Below are positions 50,132-59,698 of a DNA stretch of 64,000 nt, one piece after another. Position numbers and translations under genes: made by a program. Position 1 is the stretch's first letter; the number at the start of each line of letters is the position of its first letter. Origin of the DNA: an uncultured virus (IMG/VR IMGVR_UViG_3300020204_003072) (taxonomy: Duplodnaviria; Heunggongvirae; Uroviricota; Caudoviricetes). A model generated the notes under the pieces. The model was not told the origin of the DNA. It saw only the letters and a list, made by a program, of their open reading frames with translations, and did no database searches. The stretch is from positions 62,001 through 126,000 of the IMG/VR virus record IMGVR_UViG_3300020204_003072; one strand, given 5' to 3'.

Positions 50132-51376
50132 ATGACAATATTTGTGCAAATAGCATCTTACAGGGACCCACAACTTATACCAACAATTAAAGATATGTTG
50201 GATAAGGCAAAATATCCAGAAAATTTGAAATTAGGAATTGCAAGACAATATCATCCGAAAGATAGTTTTGATGATTTATCAGAATATAAAGATGATAATA
50301 GATTTAGAATTTTGAATATTATTTATACAGCATCCACCGGTGTCTGTTGGGCTCGTAACCAAGTACAACAATTATATAGTGGTGAAACTTATACATTACA
50401 GATTGATTCCCATATGCGTTTTGAAAAAGATTGGGATGTTAGTCTAATTTATATGTTGAAGGAATTACAAAAAGACGGATATAAAAAACCATTACTCACA
50501 GGTTACGTTTCGTCTTTTGACCCTGACAATGACCCACAAGGTAGAGTTAGAGACCCTTGGAGAATGGTATTTGATAGATTCACACCAGAAGGTGTTGTTT
50601 TCTTTTTACCAGAAATAATACCAGAATGGAAAGAACTAAAAAAACCAATTCCATCAAGATTTTATTCCGGCCATTTTTGTTTTACATTGGGTAAATTTTC
50701 AGTTGAGGTTCAACACGACCCAGAATATTATTTTCACGGGGAAGAAATTTCAATTGCTGTCAGAGCATACACACACGGATATGATTTATTTCACCCAAAT
50801 AGAATTGTTATTTGGCATGAATATACAAGAAAGAATAGAACAAAACAATGGGATGATGATAGTGTATGGTATAAGAAAAATGAAAGTTCACATTCGAAAA
50901 ATAGAAAAGTATTAGGTGTTGATGGTGAAAAATTTGAAGGAAAATTAAAATATGGTTTTGGAAAAGAAAGAACAATACGTGATTACGAAAAATATGCTGG
51001 TATTCTTTTCGAAAAAAGATCTGTACAACAATATACAGTAGATAGAAACTATCCACCAAACCCTTATGATTATAAAAACGAAGATGAATGGAAAGGGAGT
51101 TTTTTAAGAATATTCAAACATTGTATTGATGTTCCATTAGATAAAATCCCAGAAAAAGATTATGACTTTTTAGTTGTTGCTTTTCATAATGATAGGAATG
51201 AAACAATATATCGTTCAGACGCTCAAGAAGATGAAATACAAAAAATAAAAAATGATACCGATGGTTACGGAAAAATATGGAGGGAATTTAACGCAAAAGA
51301 AAAACCAAAATATTGGGTTGTATGGCCACATTCGAAATCAAAAGGTTGGTGTGATAGGTTAGTTGGTAATTTATGA
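50132..51376 (+). CDS. GT60-like polypeptide GlcNAc-transferase (Skp1 GlcNAcT family)
   Basis: IFVQIASYRDP, GVCWAR, LQIDSHMRF..WD, FHGEEI...R.YTHGYD. Confidence 0.85.
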   Translation: MTIFVQIASYRDPQLIPTIKDMLDKAKYPENLKLGIARQYHPKDSFDDLSEYKDDNRFRILNIIYTASTGVCWARNQVQQLYSGETYTLQIDSHMRFEKDWDVSLIYMLKELQKDGYKKPLLTGYVSSFDPDNDPQGRVRDPWRMVFDRFTPEGVVFFLPEIIPEWKELKKPIPSRFYSGHFCFTLGKFSVEVQHDPEYYFHGEEISIAVRAYTHGYDLFHPNRIVIWHEYTRKNRTKQWDDDSVWYKKNESSHSKNRKVLGVDGEKFEGKLKYGFGKERTIRDYEKYAGILFEKRSVQQYTVDRNYPPNPYDYKNEDEWKGSFLRIFKHCIDVPLDKIPEKDYDFLVVAFHNDRNETIYRSDAQEDEIQKIKNDTDGYGKIWREFNAKEKPKYWVVWPHSKSKGWCDRLVGNL

Positions 51377-53043
51377 TAACACTTGTAACTGGTTTATGGG
51401 ATATTGGTAGAAGTAATCTTAATGAAGGATGGAATAGGTCTTTTGAATATTATTTAGAAAAATTCAAAGAACTTTTAGAAATAGATTGTAACTTAATTGT
51501 TTTTGGTGATAATAAATTAAAAGAATTTGTATTCAAATATAGAAAAACACATAATACAGAATTTATTAATAGGGATTTATCTTGGTTTAGAAATAACGAA
51601 TACTTTGATAAAATTCAAAAAATAAGAACAAATCCCAATTGGTATAATATTTCTGGGTGGTTAAAAGAATCAACACAAGCAAGATTAGAATATTACAATC
51701 CACTTGTGATGTCCAAAATGTTTTTATTACATGACGCTTCATTACTTGACCCTTTTAATTCTGAAAAACTTTACTGGATTGACGCTGGATTAACTAACAC
51801 GGTTAATGTTGGGTATTTTACTCGTGACAATGTTTTGAACAAAATGAAAAATTTATTTGATAAATTTATGTTTATTGTATTTCCTTATAATGCTGAAAAT
51901 GAAGTTCACGGATTTGATTATAAAAAAATGTGTGACTATACGAAAATGAAAACAGAATTTGTATCGAGGGGTGGATTTTTTGGTGGTACAAAAGAAAAAA
52001 TTGCCGACTTAAATGTTTTATATTATCAATTATTAATAGACACATTGAACAAGAATTTAATGGGGACCGAAGAAAGTATTTTTACAATAATGACTTATCT
52101 TTATCCATCTATGATTGATTATTGTGAAATAGAATCAAATGGTTTGGTGTATAAATTTTTTGAAGACGTAAAAAATAATACAGTTGTAATTAAAAATAAA
52201 AAAAACAAAATTATAAAATCAAACACAAAATCTAATGGTGTTGGTTTATATGTTATAAGTTTTAATTCACCATCACAGTTTGAGTCATTAATAAAAAGTA
52301 TGTTATTTTATGACCCAAATTTTATTAACGGAACAAAGAAGTTTTTATTAAATAACTCAACGGATTTAAACACAACACCGAAATATAATGAACTTTGTTT
52401 AAGATATGGTTTTGAACATATTAAAAAAGATAATATTGGTATAACTGGTGGGAGACAATTTATTTCCGAACATTTCAACAAAGAAGAAGACTTGGGTTAT
52501 TATTTTTTCTTTGAAGATGATATGGGATTTGTGAATAAAAATTCTGGTGTTTGTAAAAATGGATTTAACCGATATGTGGAAAACCTTTTTTCAAAAACAT
52601 TAAATATATTAAAGACAGAAGAGTTTGATTTTCTCAAAATGAACTTTACAGAATTTTTTGGTTCACACCAAACACAATGGTCCTGGTATAATGTACCACA
52701 AGAATTTAGACAAAACTATTGGCCAAAAAAACCTAACTTGCCAGTCCAAGGTTATGACCCAGAAGCACCTTGTTTAGAATTTAAAAATATAAAGTCATAT
52801 AATGGTCTACCATACGCTAGTGGTCAAATATATCTTTCTAATTGGCCAATTCTTATGTCAAAGGAAGGAAATTACAAATGTTATTTGAAAAATAGATTTG
52901 ATTTTCCATATGAACAAACCCTAATGTCCTATAATTTTCAAGAAACTATTAAAGGTAATATAAAACCTGGACTATTACTTATTACACCAACAGAACACAA
53001 CCGTTTTGATTTTTATGATGCTGAATTAAGAAAAGAATGTTGA
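51373..53043 (+). CDS. HtrL/YibB-like glycosyltransferase fused to a GT-A domain
   Basis: TLVTGLWDIGR, WIDAG, GGFFGG; second domain FFEDD. Confidence 0.75.
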   Translation: MITLVTGLWDIGRSNLNEGWNRSFEYYLEKFKELLEIDCNLIVFGDNKLKEFVFKYRKTHNTEFINRDLSWFRNNEYFDKIQKIRTNPNWYNISGWLKESTQARLEYYNPLVMSKMFLLHDASLLDPFNSEKLYWIDAGLTNTVNVGYFTRDNVLNKMKNLFDKFMFIVFPYNAENEVHGFDYKKMCDYTKMKTEFVSRGGFFGGTKEKIADLNVLYYQLLIDTLNKNLMGTEESIFTIMTYLYPSMIDYCEIESNGLVYKFFEDVKNNTVVIKNKKNKIIKSNTKSNGVGLYVISFNSPSQFESLIKSMLFYDPNFINGTKKFLLNNSTDLNTTPKYNELCLRYGFEHIKKDNIGITGGRQFISEHFNKEEDLGYYFFFEDDMGFVNKNSGVCKNGFNRYVENLFSKTLNILKTEEFDFLKMNFTEFFGSHQTQWSWYNVPQEFRQNYWPKKPNLPVQGYDPEAPCLEFKNIKSYNGLPYASGQIYLSNWPILMSKEGNYKCYLKNRFDFPYEQTLMSYNFQETIKGNIKPGLLLITPTEHNRFDFYDAELRKEC

Positions 53044-53070
53044 TTGGTATATTTATAGTAAAAACTATAA

Positions 53071-53619
53071 ATGGAATTCTTTATTAAGAAAAATGCAACC
53101 CTTCCTTTATTAAAAATGCAAGTTGTCAAAGACGGCAGAAGTGATTTTAATAGAATGATGAGTCTTATTGAAGAATCTGCGATATTCTTTTCAATGGTTG
53201 ATGTTGATACTGGGATACCAAAGATTATCACAAGACCAGCAGGATTTGTCGCAAAAGAAATGTTGGACCCAAATGCCGAACCAGAATATTATGTTTATTA
53301 TCAGTTTTCAAATACAGATACAAGAAAGGTTGGTAGGTATGAAGGACAATTTTTATTCAGAAATGATGATGGTGTTTTGATACTACCTTTGAGAGATAAG
53401 TTATATATTGATGTACAAGAAAGTTTTATTGGTGATTCATTAGAATATAACAATTGTTATGTTAGTGAATTTCCTTGTTGTAATACAAGCCCAGTTATTA
53501 CTTCAACCACAACAACAATATGTTATATACCACCAAGTCCATTACCAGAAACATTTTATATACTAACAGAAAACGGTAATGTTCTGTATACAGAAAACAA
53601 TGATAAAATAATTTATTAA
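53071..53619 (+). CDS. Putative baseplate/fibre-attachment Ig-like protein
   Basis: IKK..TLP.L...YQF...DT...G.YEGQF; Thr/Pro linker; ILTENG..L.TE tail. Confidence 0.55.
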   Translation: MEFFIKKNATLPLLKMQVVKDGRSDFNRMMSLIEESAIFFSMVDVDTGIPKIITRPAGFVAKEMLDPNAEPEYYVYYQFSNTDTRKVGRYEGQFLFRNDDGVLILPLRDKLYIDVQESFIGDSLEYNNCYVSEFPCCNTSPVITSTTTTICYIPPSPLPETFYILTENGNVLYTENNDKIIY

Positions 53620-53665
53620 AAGTAAAGAATTTATAAAAATAAAACTATTTATAAAATAAAAAAAA

Positions 53666-56056
53666 ATGGCAGATAAAAGAATTTCGGAATTACCATACTT
53701 AGGTAATTCAGGTTATACAACGAGCGACATTATTCCAATTGTAAATTACTTGGTTAGTGTAACTGGTGAAACAAAACACACACCAATTAGTCAATTCAAA
53801 AACTATATATTGAGTGGTTTTTCAGATAATTTTATTACTGGAGGAACATATTCTAATGGTACAATCACACTTGATAGACAAAATGGTTCTGTATCAATTA
53901 GTGGACTATATACAGGTGGTACAGATTTTTATGTCACTGGAGGAACATATTCTAATGGTACAATCACACTTGATAGACAAAATGGTTCTGTATCAATTAG
54001 TGGACTATATACAGGTGGTACAGATTTTTTTGTTACTGGAGGAACATATGATAATACAACTGGTACACTAACATTAGAAGATAATAACGGAACGTCATTT
54101 GGTATTACAGGATTTACAACTGGTGGAACACCAACACTACAACAAGTATTAGATTTCAATCACGACCTTATAGATGGAAACAATTTTCAAGGAACAAACG
54201 CAGGATTTGGAAATTCAGGAATAAATGTAATTGCACTTGGAACAGATTCAGCCTATTATAACACAGGAGTTAGGGTGATTGCATTGGGAACAAATTCAGC
54301 AAGATACAACAAAGGAGATGATGTAACAGCATCGGGTTATCAATCAGCTTTTTTTAATACAGGAAATACTTTGACCGCATTGGGAAATTATTCAGCATAT
54401 TTCAACACAGGATATAATGTAACCGCAACGGGTTATCGTTCAGCCTATTACAACATCGGAGATAGTGTAACCGCATTGGGTGGAGATTCGGCTTTTTGTA
54501 ACAAAGGAGCTTGTGTAACCGCATTGGGAATACAGTCAGCCCTTTGCAACACAGGAAATAATCTCACCGCGGTGGGAACTCTATCGGCTCTTTGCAATAT
54601 AGGATATAATGTAACCGCATCGGGTTATCGTTCAGCCTTTAGGAACTCAGGAACTACTGTAACTGCATTGGGAACAAATTCAGCGTATTGTAACACAGGA
54701 AATGGTGTAACCGCATCGGGAATAAATTCAGCGTATTGTAACACAGGAAATAATGTAACCGCATCGGGAAATTATTCAGCATATTCCAACACAGGAAATA
54801 ATGTAACAGCATTGGGAAGAAGTTCAGCCTTTATGAACTCAGGAAGTACTATAACAGTATTGGGAACAAGTTCAGCGTATTGTAACACAGGAAATGATGT
54901 AACCGCATTGGGTAATTGTTCAGCCTTTAGGAACTTAGGAACTACTGTGACCGCATCTGGAAATTATTCAGCTTTTTGCAACAGAGGAAATAGGGTAACC
55001 GCATTGGGAATAAATTCAGCATATTGTAACTTAGGAAATGATGTAACCGTATTGGGTTGTAATTCAGCCTTTAGGAACTCAGGAAGTACTGTAACAGCAT
55101 TGGGAACATGTTCAGTTTTTTGCAACATAGGAAATAATGTAACCGCATTGGGAATAAATTCAGCATATTGTAACTTAGGAAATGATGTAACGGCATTGGG
55201 ACCAGATTCAGCCTTTAGGAACTCAGGAAGTACTGTTACCGCATTGGGAACAGGTTCAGCCTCTAGTAACTCGGGAAGTTACGTAACCGCATTGGGGATT
55301 CAATCGACGTGTTACAACACAGGAAATAATGTAACCGCATTGGGGACCCAATCGGCTAGTTGCAACATAGGAAATTGTATAACCGCATTGGGACAAGGTT
55401 CAGCCTCTAGGAACTCAGGAGATGATGTAACCGCATTGGGTTGTAATTCAGCCTTTAGGAACTTAGGAACTACTGTAACCGCATTGGGAATAAATTCAGC
55501 ATTTTGCAACATAGGAAATGATGTAACGGCATTGGGACCAAATTCAGCAGAATCCAACATAGGAAGTTATGTAACCGCATTGGGAAGAAGTTCAGCCTCT
55601 AGTAACTCGGGAAGTTACATAACAGCATTGGGAACAAATTCAGCGTATTCAAACTCAGGAAATGATGTAACCGTATTGGGTTGTAGTTCAGCCTTTAGGA
55701 ACTCAGGAAGTACTGTAACAGCATTGGGAAATTATTCAGCATATTTCAACACGGGAAATAATGTAACCGCATTGGGACAAGGTTCAGCATTTTGCAACAT
55801 AGGAAATGATGTAACGGCATTGGGAACAGGTTCAGCCTCTAGTAACTCGGGAAATAATGTAATTTCTTTAGGTATTAACGCAGGTAATGGTAATGGTTTT
55901 AGTCCTGCATTTATAGTTGCTAATACAGAATTACCATCTTATTTGAATCATGCAGCAGCAAGTGCTGCAATAACAATAGCAGCAGGTGCGGTAGCAGGCA
56001 ACACTTATTTTTATTATAACCAAGGTACTGATTCAATAGGAGCTGTAAGACTTTAA
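53666..56056 (+). CDS. Fibre/adhesin-like protein with 34 tandem 16-aa repeats
   Basis: N-terminal KRISELP, VTGGTY repeats, TLQQV, then NxGxxVTALGxxSAxx repeats. Confidence 0.85.
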   Translation: MADKRISELPYLGNSGYTTSDIIPIVNYLVSVTGETKHTPISQFKNYILSGFSDNFITGGTYSNGTITLDRQNGSVSISGLYTGGTDFYVTGGTYSNGTITLDRQNGSVSISGLYTGGTDFFVTGGTYDNTTGTLTLEDNNGTSFGITGFTTGGTPTLQQVLDFNHDLIDGNNFQGTNAGFGNSGINVIALGTDSAYYNTGVRVIALGTNSARYNKGDDVTASGYQSAFFNTGNTLTALGNYSAYFNTGYNVTATGYRSAYYNIGDSVTALGGDSAFCNKGACVTALGIQSALCNTGNNLTAVGTLSALCNIGYNVTASGYRSAFRNSGTTVTALGTNSAYCNTGNGVTASGINSAYCNTGNNVTASGNYSAYSNTGNNVTALGRSSAFMNSGSTITVLGTSSAYCNTGNDVTALGNCSAFRNLGTTVTASGNYSAFCNRGNRVTALGINSAYCNLGNDVTVLGCNSAFRNSGSTVTALGTCSVFCNIGNNVTALGINSAYCNLGNDVTALGPDSAFRNSGSTVTALGTGSASSNSGSYVTALGIQSTCYNTGNNVTALGTQSASCNIGNCITALGQGSASRNSGDDVTALGCNSAFRNLGTTVTALGINSAFCNIGNDVTALGPNSAESNIGSYVTALGRSSASSNSGSYITALGTNSAYSNSGNDVTVLGCSSAFRNSGSTVTALGNYSAYFNTGNNVTALGQGSAFCNIGNDVTALGTGSASSNSGNNVISLGINAGNGNGFSPAFIVANTELPSYLNHAAASAAITIAAGAVAGNTYFYYNQGTDSIGAVRL
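53837..54034 (+). repeat. 99-nt tandem duplication
   Basis: 53837-53930 is identical to 53936-54029. Confidence 0.9.
54212..55843 (+). repeat. 48-nt coding tandem array, 34 units
   Basis: Core gtaaccgcattggga recurs in an exact 48-nt register. Confidence 0.9.
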
Positions 56057-56080
56057 TAAATAAAAATAAAAAAAACAAAA

Positions 56081-56263
56081 AAGGAAATTAAATTATTATT
56101 TAAGTATGAAGAACCAATCACAATTGGTGAACACAAGGTAATTGCAATTAGACAAGTACCAAGAGGAATTAGATTTAGAACTGAAAACGGTCCAATTCTA
56201 AAAGAAGTCGAGTTTAAAGAAACTTGGGCGGAACAAGAATTACACGCTTTGTTATTGAATTGA
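56081..56263 (+). pseudogene. About 60-codon ORF lacking an ATG
   Basis: KEIKLLFKYEEPITIG...LHALLLN*; an A-rich leader is followed by AAG where ATG is expected; terminator follows. Confidence 0.55.
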
Positions 56264-56270
56264 AAAAATT

Positions 56271-56303
56271 ACCCCCAACTTTAAACTTAGGTTGGGGTTT
56301 TTT
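56271..56303 (+). terminator. Intrinsic terminator
   Basis: CCCCAAC...GTTGGGG followed by a T-tract. Confidence 0.8.
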
Positions 56304-56336
56304 ATTTGACATTATTAGACAATTTAAATATATTTA

Positions 56337-56385
56337 TTGAGGTAAGGTAAATGTCGTTTGATACGACAGCAAATAAACCACTCAA
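56337..56385 (+). promoter_or_regulatory. Structured 5' leader of the DNA polymerase gene
   Basis: Nested TTGAG/CTCAA, GGT/ACC and TGTCGT/ACGACA stems ending 11 nt before the ATG. Confidence 0.55.
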
Positions 56386-56396
56386 AAAAATATATA

Positions 56397-59330
56397 ATGA
56401 TTACAGCAGAAGAAATTAAATCGTTTCTAGAAGGAAACGACACAGAAGAACACATTGTGGCAATTGAGTTTGACTATCAAAAAGACCACATTTATAAAAT
56501 CAAAGAAGTACCAGGAAAAGGAAAATCAATTGCTAGAGATAGTTTAATTGCATTTGCTTGGGTTGGCGATTTAAAAGGTCTTAATTTTTATCAAGGTTCC
56601 AAAGCATTACAAAAAGAAGCTATGACCAAGTATGGAATTATCATAGAAAAATTGAGAACAGATGGTAATGAACAATTAGAAAAAGGTCTCACTTTCTTAG
56701 TCAAATCACTAAAGGGATATAGAGCTCTTACACAATTTTTTAGAGATGGTGGAATTGATCCTTGGGGTGAAAAAGTAAAAGATAAGTTCTTAATGTTAAC
56801 ACCAACAGAACAATTCCTTATTTCAAAAGAAAAAAGATTATTTAAGGGATTTGAAGATTACAACGATATCACAAGACTTGTATTTGACCTTGAGACGACC
56901 TCTTTGGAACCAAAGGATGGTCAAATTTTTATGATTGGAATTAAAACAAATAAAGGTCATAAAAAAGTAATTGAGTGTTCAAATGAAGATGAAGAAAGAA
57001 AAGGTATTGTTGAGTTCTTTAAAATTATTGACGAGATAAAACCTTCAATTATTTCCGGATACAACTCAGCAAACTTTGACTGGTATTGGATTTATGAAAG
57101 ATGTAAAATGTTAAATCTTGATATTAAAAAAGTTGCAAAGTCACTTCACGGTGAAAGATCTATCACACAAAAAGAATCAATATTAAAGTTAGGAAACGAA
57201 GTTGAAAGTTTTACCCAAACTCAAATGTGGGGTTATAACATTATTGATATTATCCATTCAGTTCGTAGAGCACAAGCAATCAATTCATCAATTAAGGAAG
57301 CTGGTCTTAAATACATCACAAAATTTATTGATGCTGAAGCTAGTGACCGTGTTTATATTGACCACGATAAGATTGGTTCCTTATACAAAGAAAAAAACTT
57401 GTATTGGTTAAATATTGAAAACGGTAAATATAAAAAGGTTGGTGTTGATGAAAAAATAGATGAAGTATGTTCAAGAAGAACTGACATTTATATTCAAACA
57501 ACTGGTGATGATATTGTAGAGCGTTACCTTGACGATGACTTGGAAGAAACCCTACTTGTTGATGAAGAGTTCAACCAAGGGTCATTTCTTCTTGCATCTC
57601 TTCTTCCAACAACATATGAAAGGGTTTCAACAATGGGAACAGCAACAATCTGGAAACTTGTAATGCTTGCCTGGTCCTATAAGAATGGACTTGCAATCCC
57701 AGCAAAAAAAGAGAAAAGAAATTTTGTTGGTGGATTATCACGATTACTTAAAACTGGATATTCAAAAGATGTATTAAAGCTTGACTACTCTTCCCTTTAT
57801 CCATCTATTCAATTAACGCACGATGTTTTTCCGGAATCAGATATTACTGGTGTAATGAAAGGTTTATTATCTTACTTTAGGGATACCCGTATTATGTATA
57901 AAAATTTGGCATCTGAATATAAATCAATTGATAAGAAAAAAGCAAAATCATTTGACACAAAACAGTTACCAATTAAGATTTTTATCAACTCTTTATTTGG
58001 TGCTCTTTCAGCCCCACAAGTATTTCCATGGGGTGATATGGATAAAGGAGAACAGATTACTTGTACTGGTCGTCAGTATTTAAGACAGATGTTAAAATTC
58101 TTTATGAAACGAGGGTACACACCACTAGTATGTGATACAGATGGTATGAACTTTTCTTTACCAGATGAAGGTTTGGAAGATAAAAAATACATTGGTCGTG
58201 GATTAAACTGGTTAGTTAAAGAAGGAAAGGAATATATCGGATATGATGCCGATGTGGCCGAATTTAACGACCGGTTCATGCGTGGTACAATGGGACTTGA
58301 TTGTGACGGTACTTGGAATTCTTGTATTAACCTTGCTCGTAAAAACTACGCAACATTAGAAATTAATGGAAAAGTAAAACTTACAGGTAATACAATTAAA
58401 TCTAAAAAGATGCCAAAGTATATTGAATTGTTTTTAGATAAAGGTGTTAAATTATTACTTAATGGTGACGGACAATCATTTGTTGAGTGGTACTACGAAT
58501 ATCTAGAAAGAATATTTGACCAAAAGATTCCACTTATGGATATTGCAAACAAGGCAAAAATTAAACAATCTATTAATGATTATATAAAAAGAAGTAAAAC
58601 TAAAACAAAAGCTGGTGCTGAAATGTCAAGACAAGCTCATATGGAACTTGCAATAAGAGAAGGTCTTAATGTTAATCTTGGTGATGTTATATATTATGTA
58701 AACAATGGAACAAAAGCTTCACACGGTGATGTTCAGAAAGTTAACCAACCTAAAAAAGGATGGACTAAAGAACAAATTGATTTGTTTTTCTCAGATAGTA
58801 AAACATCTAAAGTTGATTTCAAACAAAAAGAAAATTTTTTAAAAAACAATGGTTGGGAACAATCTTGGTCTGACGATAACTGGGTACGAAGTGATGCTAA
58901 AAATAAAGAAGCTAATACGGGTATCCCAACTGACTTAGCGTATAAGTTAACAACCACAGACTCAGTTATACAACTTAATTGTTATCGAATTGACCCCCAA
59001 GAATTAGAAAGTAATCCAGGGTTAACTGGTGAATATAACATACAAAGAGCAATTGCAACATTTAATAAAAGAGTGGAACCATTACTTGTTGTTTTCAAAG
59101 AAGAAGTAAGAGACGGACTTTTAGTTAAGAATCCAGAAGAAAGACCTTTCTTTACAAAAAACCAATGTGAATTAATAAACGGAGTTCCTTTTGAAGAAAA
59201 AGATCAAGACGACATACAAAAAGACCTCATCGATATGGAACAAGGTGAAGTTGTTTTTTGGAAAAATGTTGGTATTAATCCAGAATATATTTATGAATTG
59301 GCTGAAGATGGGTGGGAAGTTTATATCTAA
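56397..59330 (+). CDS. Family B DNA polymerase
   Basis: FDLETT and GYNSANFD exonuclease motifs; DYSSLYPS, KIFINSLFG and CDTDG polymerase motifs. Confidence 0.95.
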   Translation: MITAEEIKSFLEGNDTEEHIVAIEFDYQKDHIYKIKEVPGKGKSIARDSLIAFAWVGDLKGLNFYQGSKALQKEAMTKYGIIIEKLRTDGNEQLEKGLTFLVKSLKGYRALTQFFRDGGIDPWGEKVKDKFLMLTPTEQFLISKEKRLFKGFEDYNDITRLVFDLETTSLEPKDGQIFMIGIKTNKGHKKVIECSNEDEERKGIVEFFKIIDEIKPSIISGYNSANFDWYWIYERCKMLNLDIKKVAKSLHGERSITQKESILKLGNEVESFTQTQMWGYNIIDIIHSVRRAQAINSSIKEAGLKYITKFIDAEASDRVYIDHDKIGSLYKEKNLYWLNIENGKYKKVGVDEKIDEVCSRRTDIYIQTTGDDIVERYLDDDLEETLLVDEEFNQGSFLLASLLPTTYERVSTMGTATIWKLVMLAWSYKNGLAIPAKKEKRNFVGGLSRLLKTGYSKDVLKLDYSSLYPSIQLTHDVFPESDITGVMKGLLSYFRDTRIMYKNLASEYKSIDKKKAKSFDTKQLPIKIFINSLFGALSAPQVFPWGDMDKGEQITCTGRQYLRQMLKFFMKRGYTPLVCDTDGMNFSLPDEGLEDKKYIGRGLNWLVKEGKEYIGYDADVAEFNDRFMRGTMGLDCDGTWNSCINLARKNYATLEINGKVKLTGNTIKSKKMPKYIELFLDKGVKLLLNGDGQSFVEWYYEYLERIFDQKIPLMDIANKAKIKQSINDYIKRSKTKTKAGAEMSRQAHMELAIREGLNVNLGDVIYYVNNGTKASHGDVQKVNQPKKGWTKEQIDLFFSDSKTSKVDFKQKENFLKNNGWEQSWSDDNWVRSDAKNKEANTGIPTDLAYKLTTTDSVIQLNCYRIDPQELESNPGLTGEYNIQRAIATFNKRVEPLLVVFKEEVRDGLLVKNPEERPFFTKNQCELINGVPFEEKDQDDIQKDLIDMEQGEVVFWKNVGINPEYIYELAEDGWEVYI

Positions 59331-59698
59331 CCCATCTTTAGTCCATCACTAGCAATAACATACCAGTTCCCTTCTACAAATTGAAACTGAACACAAGCTC
59401 CTTTTTCTAAAAGTAGTTCGTCCCATTCTTCATCAATAGAACCTACATCTGATTTAACTAAAACATTTGTTAGTGACTTTATTGTAATTTTTGTTGTAAT
59501 TTCAGAATTGAGTAAGACTTCCGAGTTTTCAACATCTTTTACAATTAAAAATGTTTCATCATTTGTTGTATAAGTAGAATCTGAAATTATTTTATAAACT
59601 TCTTTTGGTTTGTCAATAACAACTTGTGGTTCAACAAAAGAATGTGTTTGATATTTTACAACATTTTTTCTTGGTGTTATGTTTTCTACTTTTATCAT
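59327..59698 (-). CDS. Hypothetical protein
   Basis: 123 aa, coupled to the neck gene. Confidence 0.75.
   Translation of the reverse strand: MIKVENITPRKNVVKYQTHSFVEPQVVIDKPKEVYKIISDSTYTTNDETFLIVKDVENSEVLLNSEITTKITIKSLTNVLVKSDVGSIDEEWDELLLEKGACVQFQFVEGNWYVIASDGLKMG

Noticed and set aside
54212..55843. CRISPR array or DGR template/variable repeat
   Set aside because: Repeats are in-frame coding units without unique spacers; no cas or reverse transcriptase genes; variation is not adenine-specific.
58070..58340. CGN-rich codon patch near the polymerase active site as a homing scar
   Set aside because: No adjacent endonuclease, and CGN codons occur elsewhere in the gene; too weak without an alignment.
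56397..59330. Intein in the DNA polymerase
   Set aside because: No C/S...HN splice motifs or LAGLIDADG blocks; only a short C-terminal insertion.
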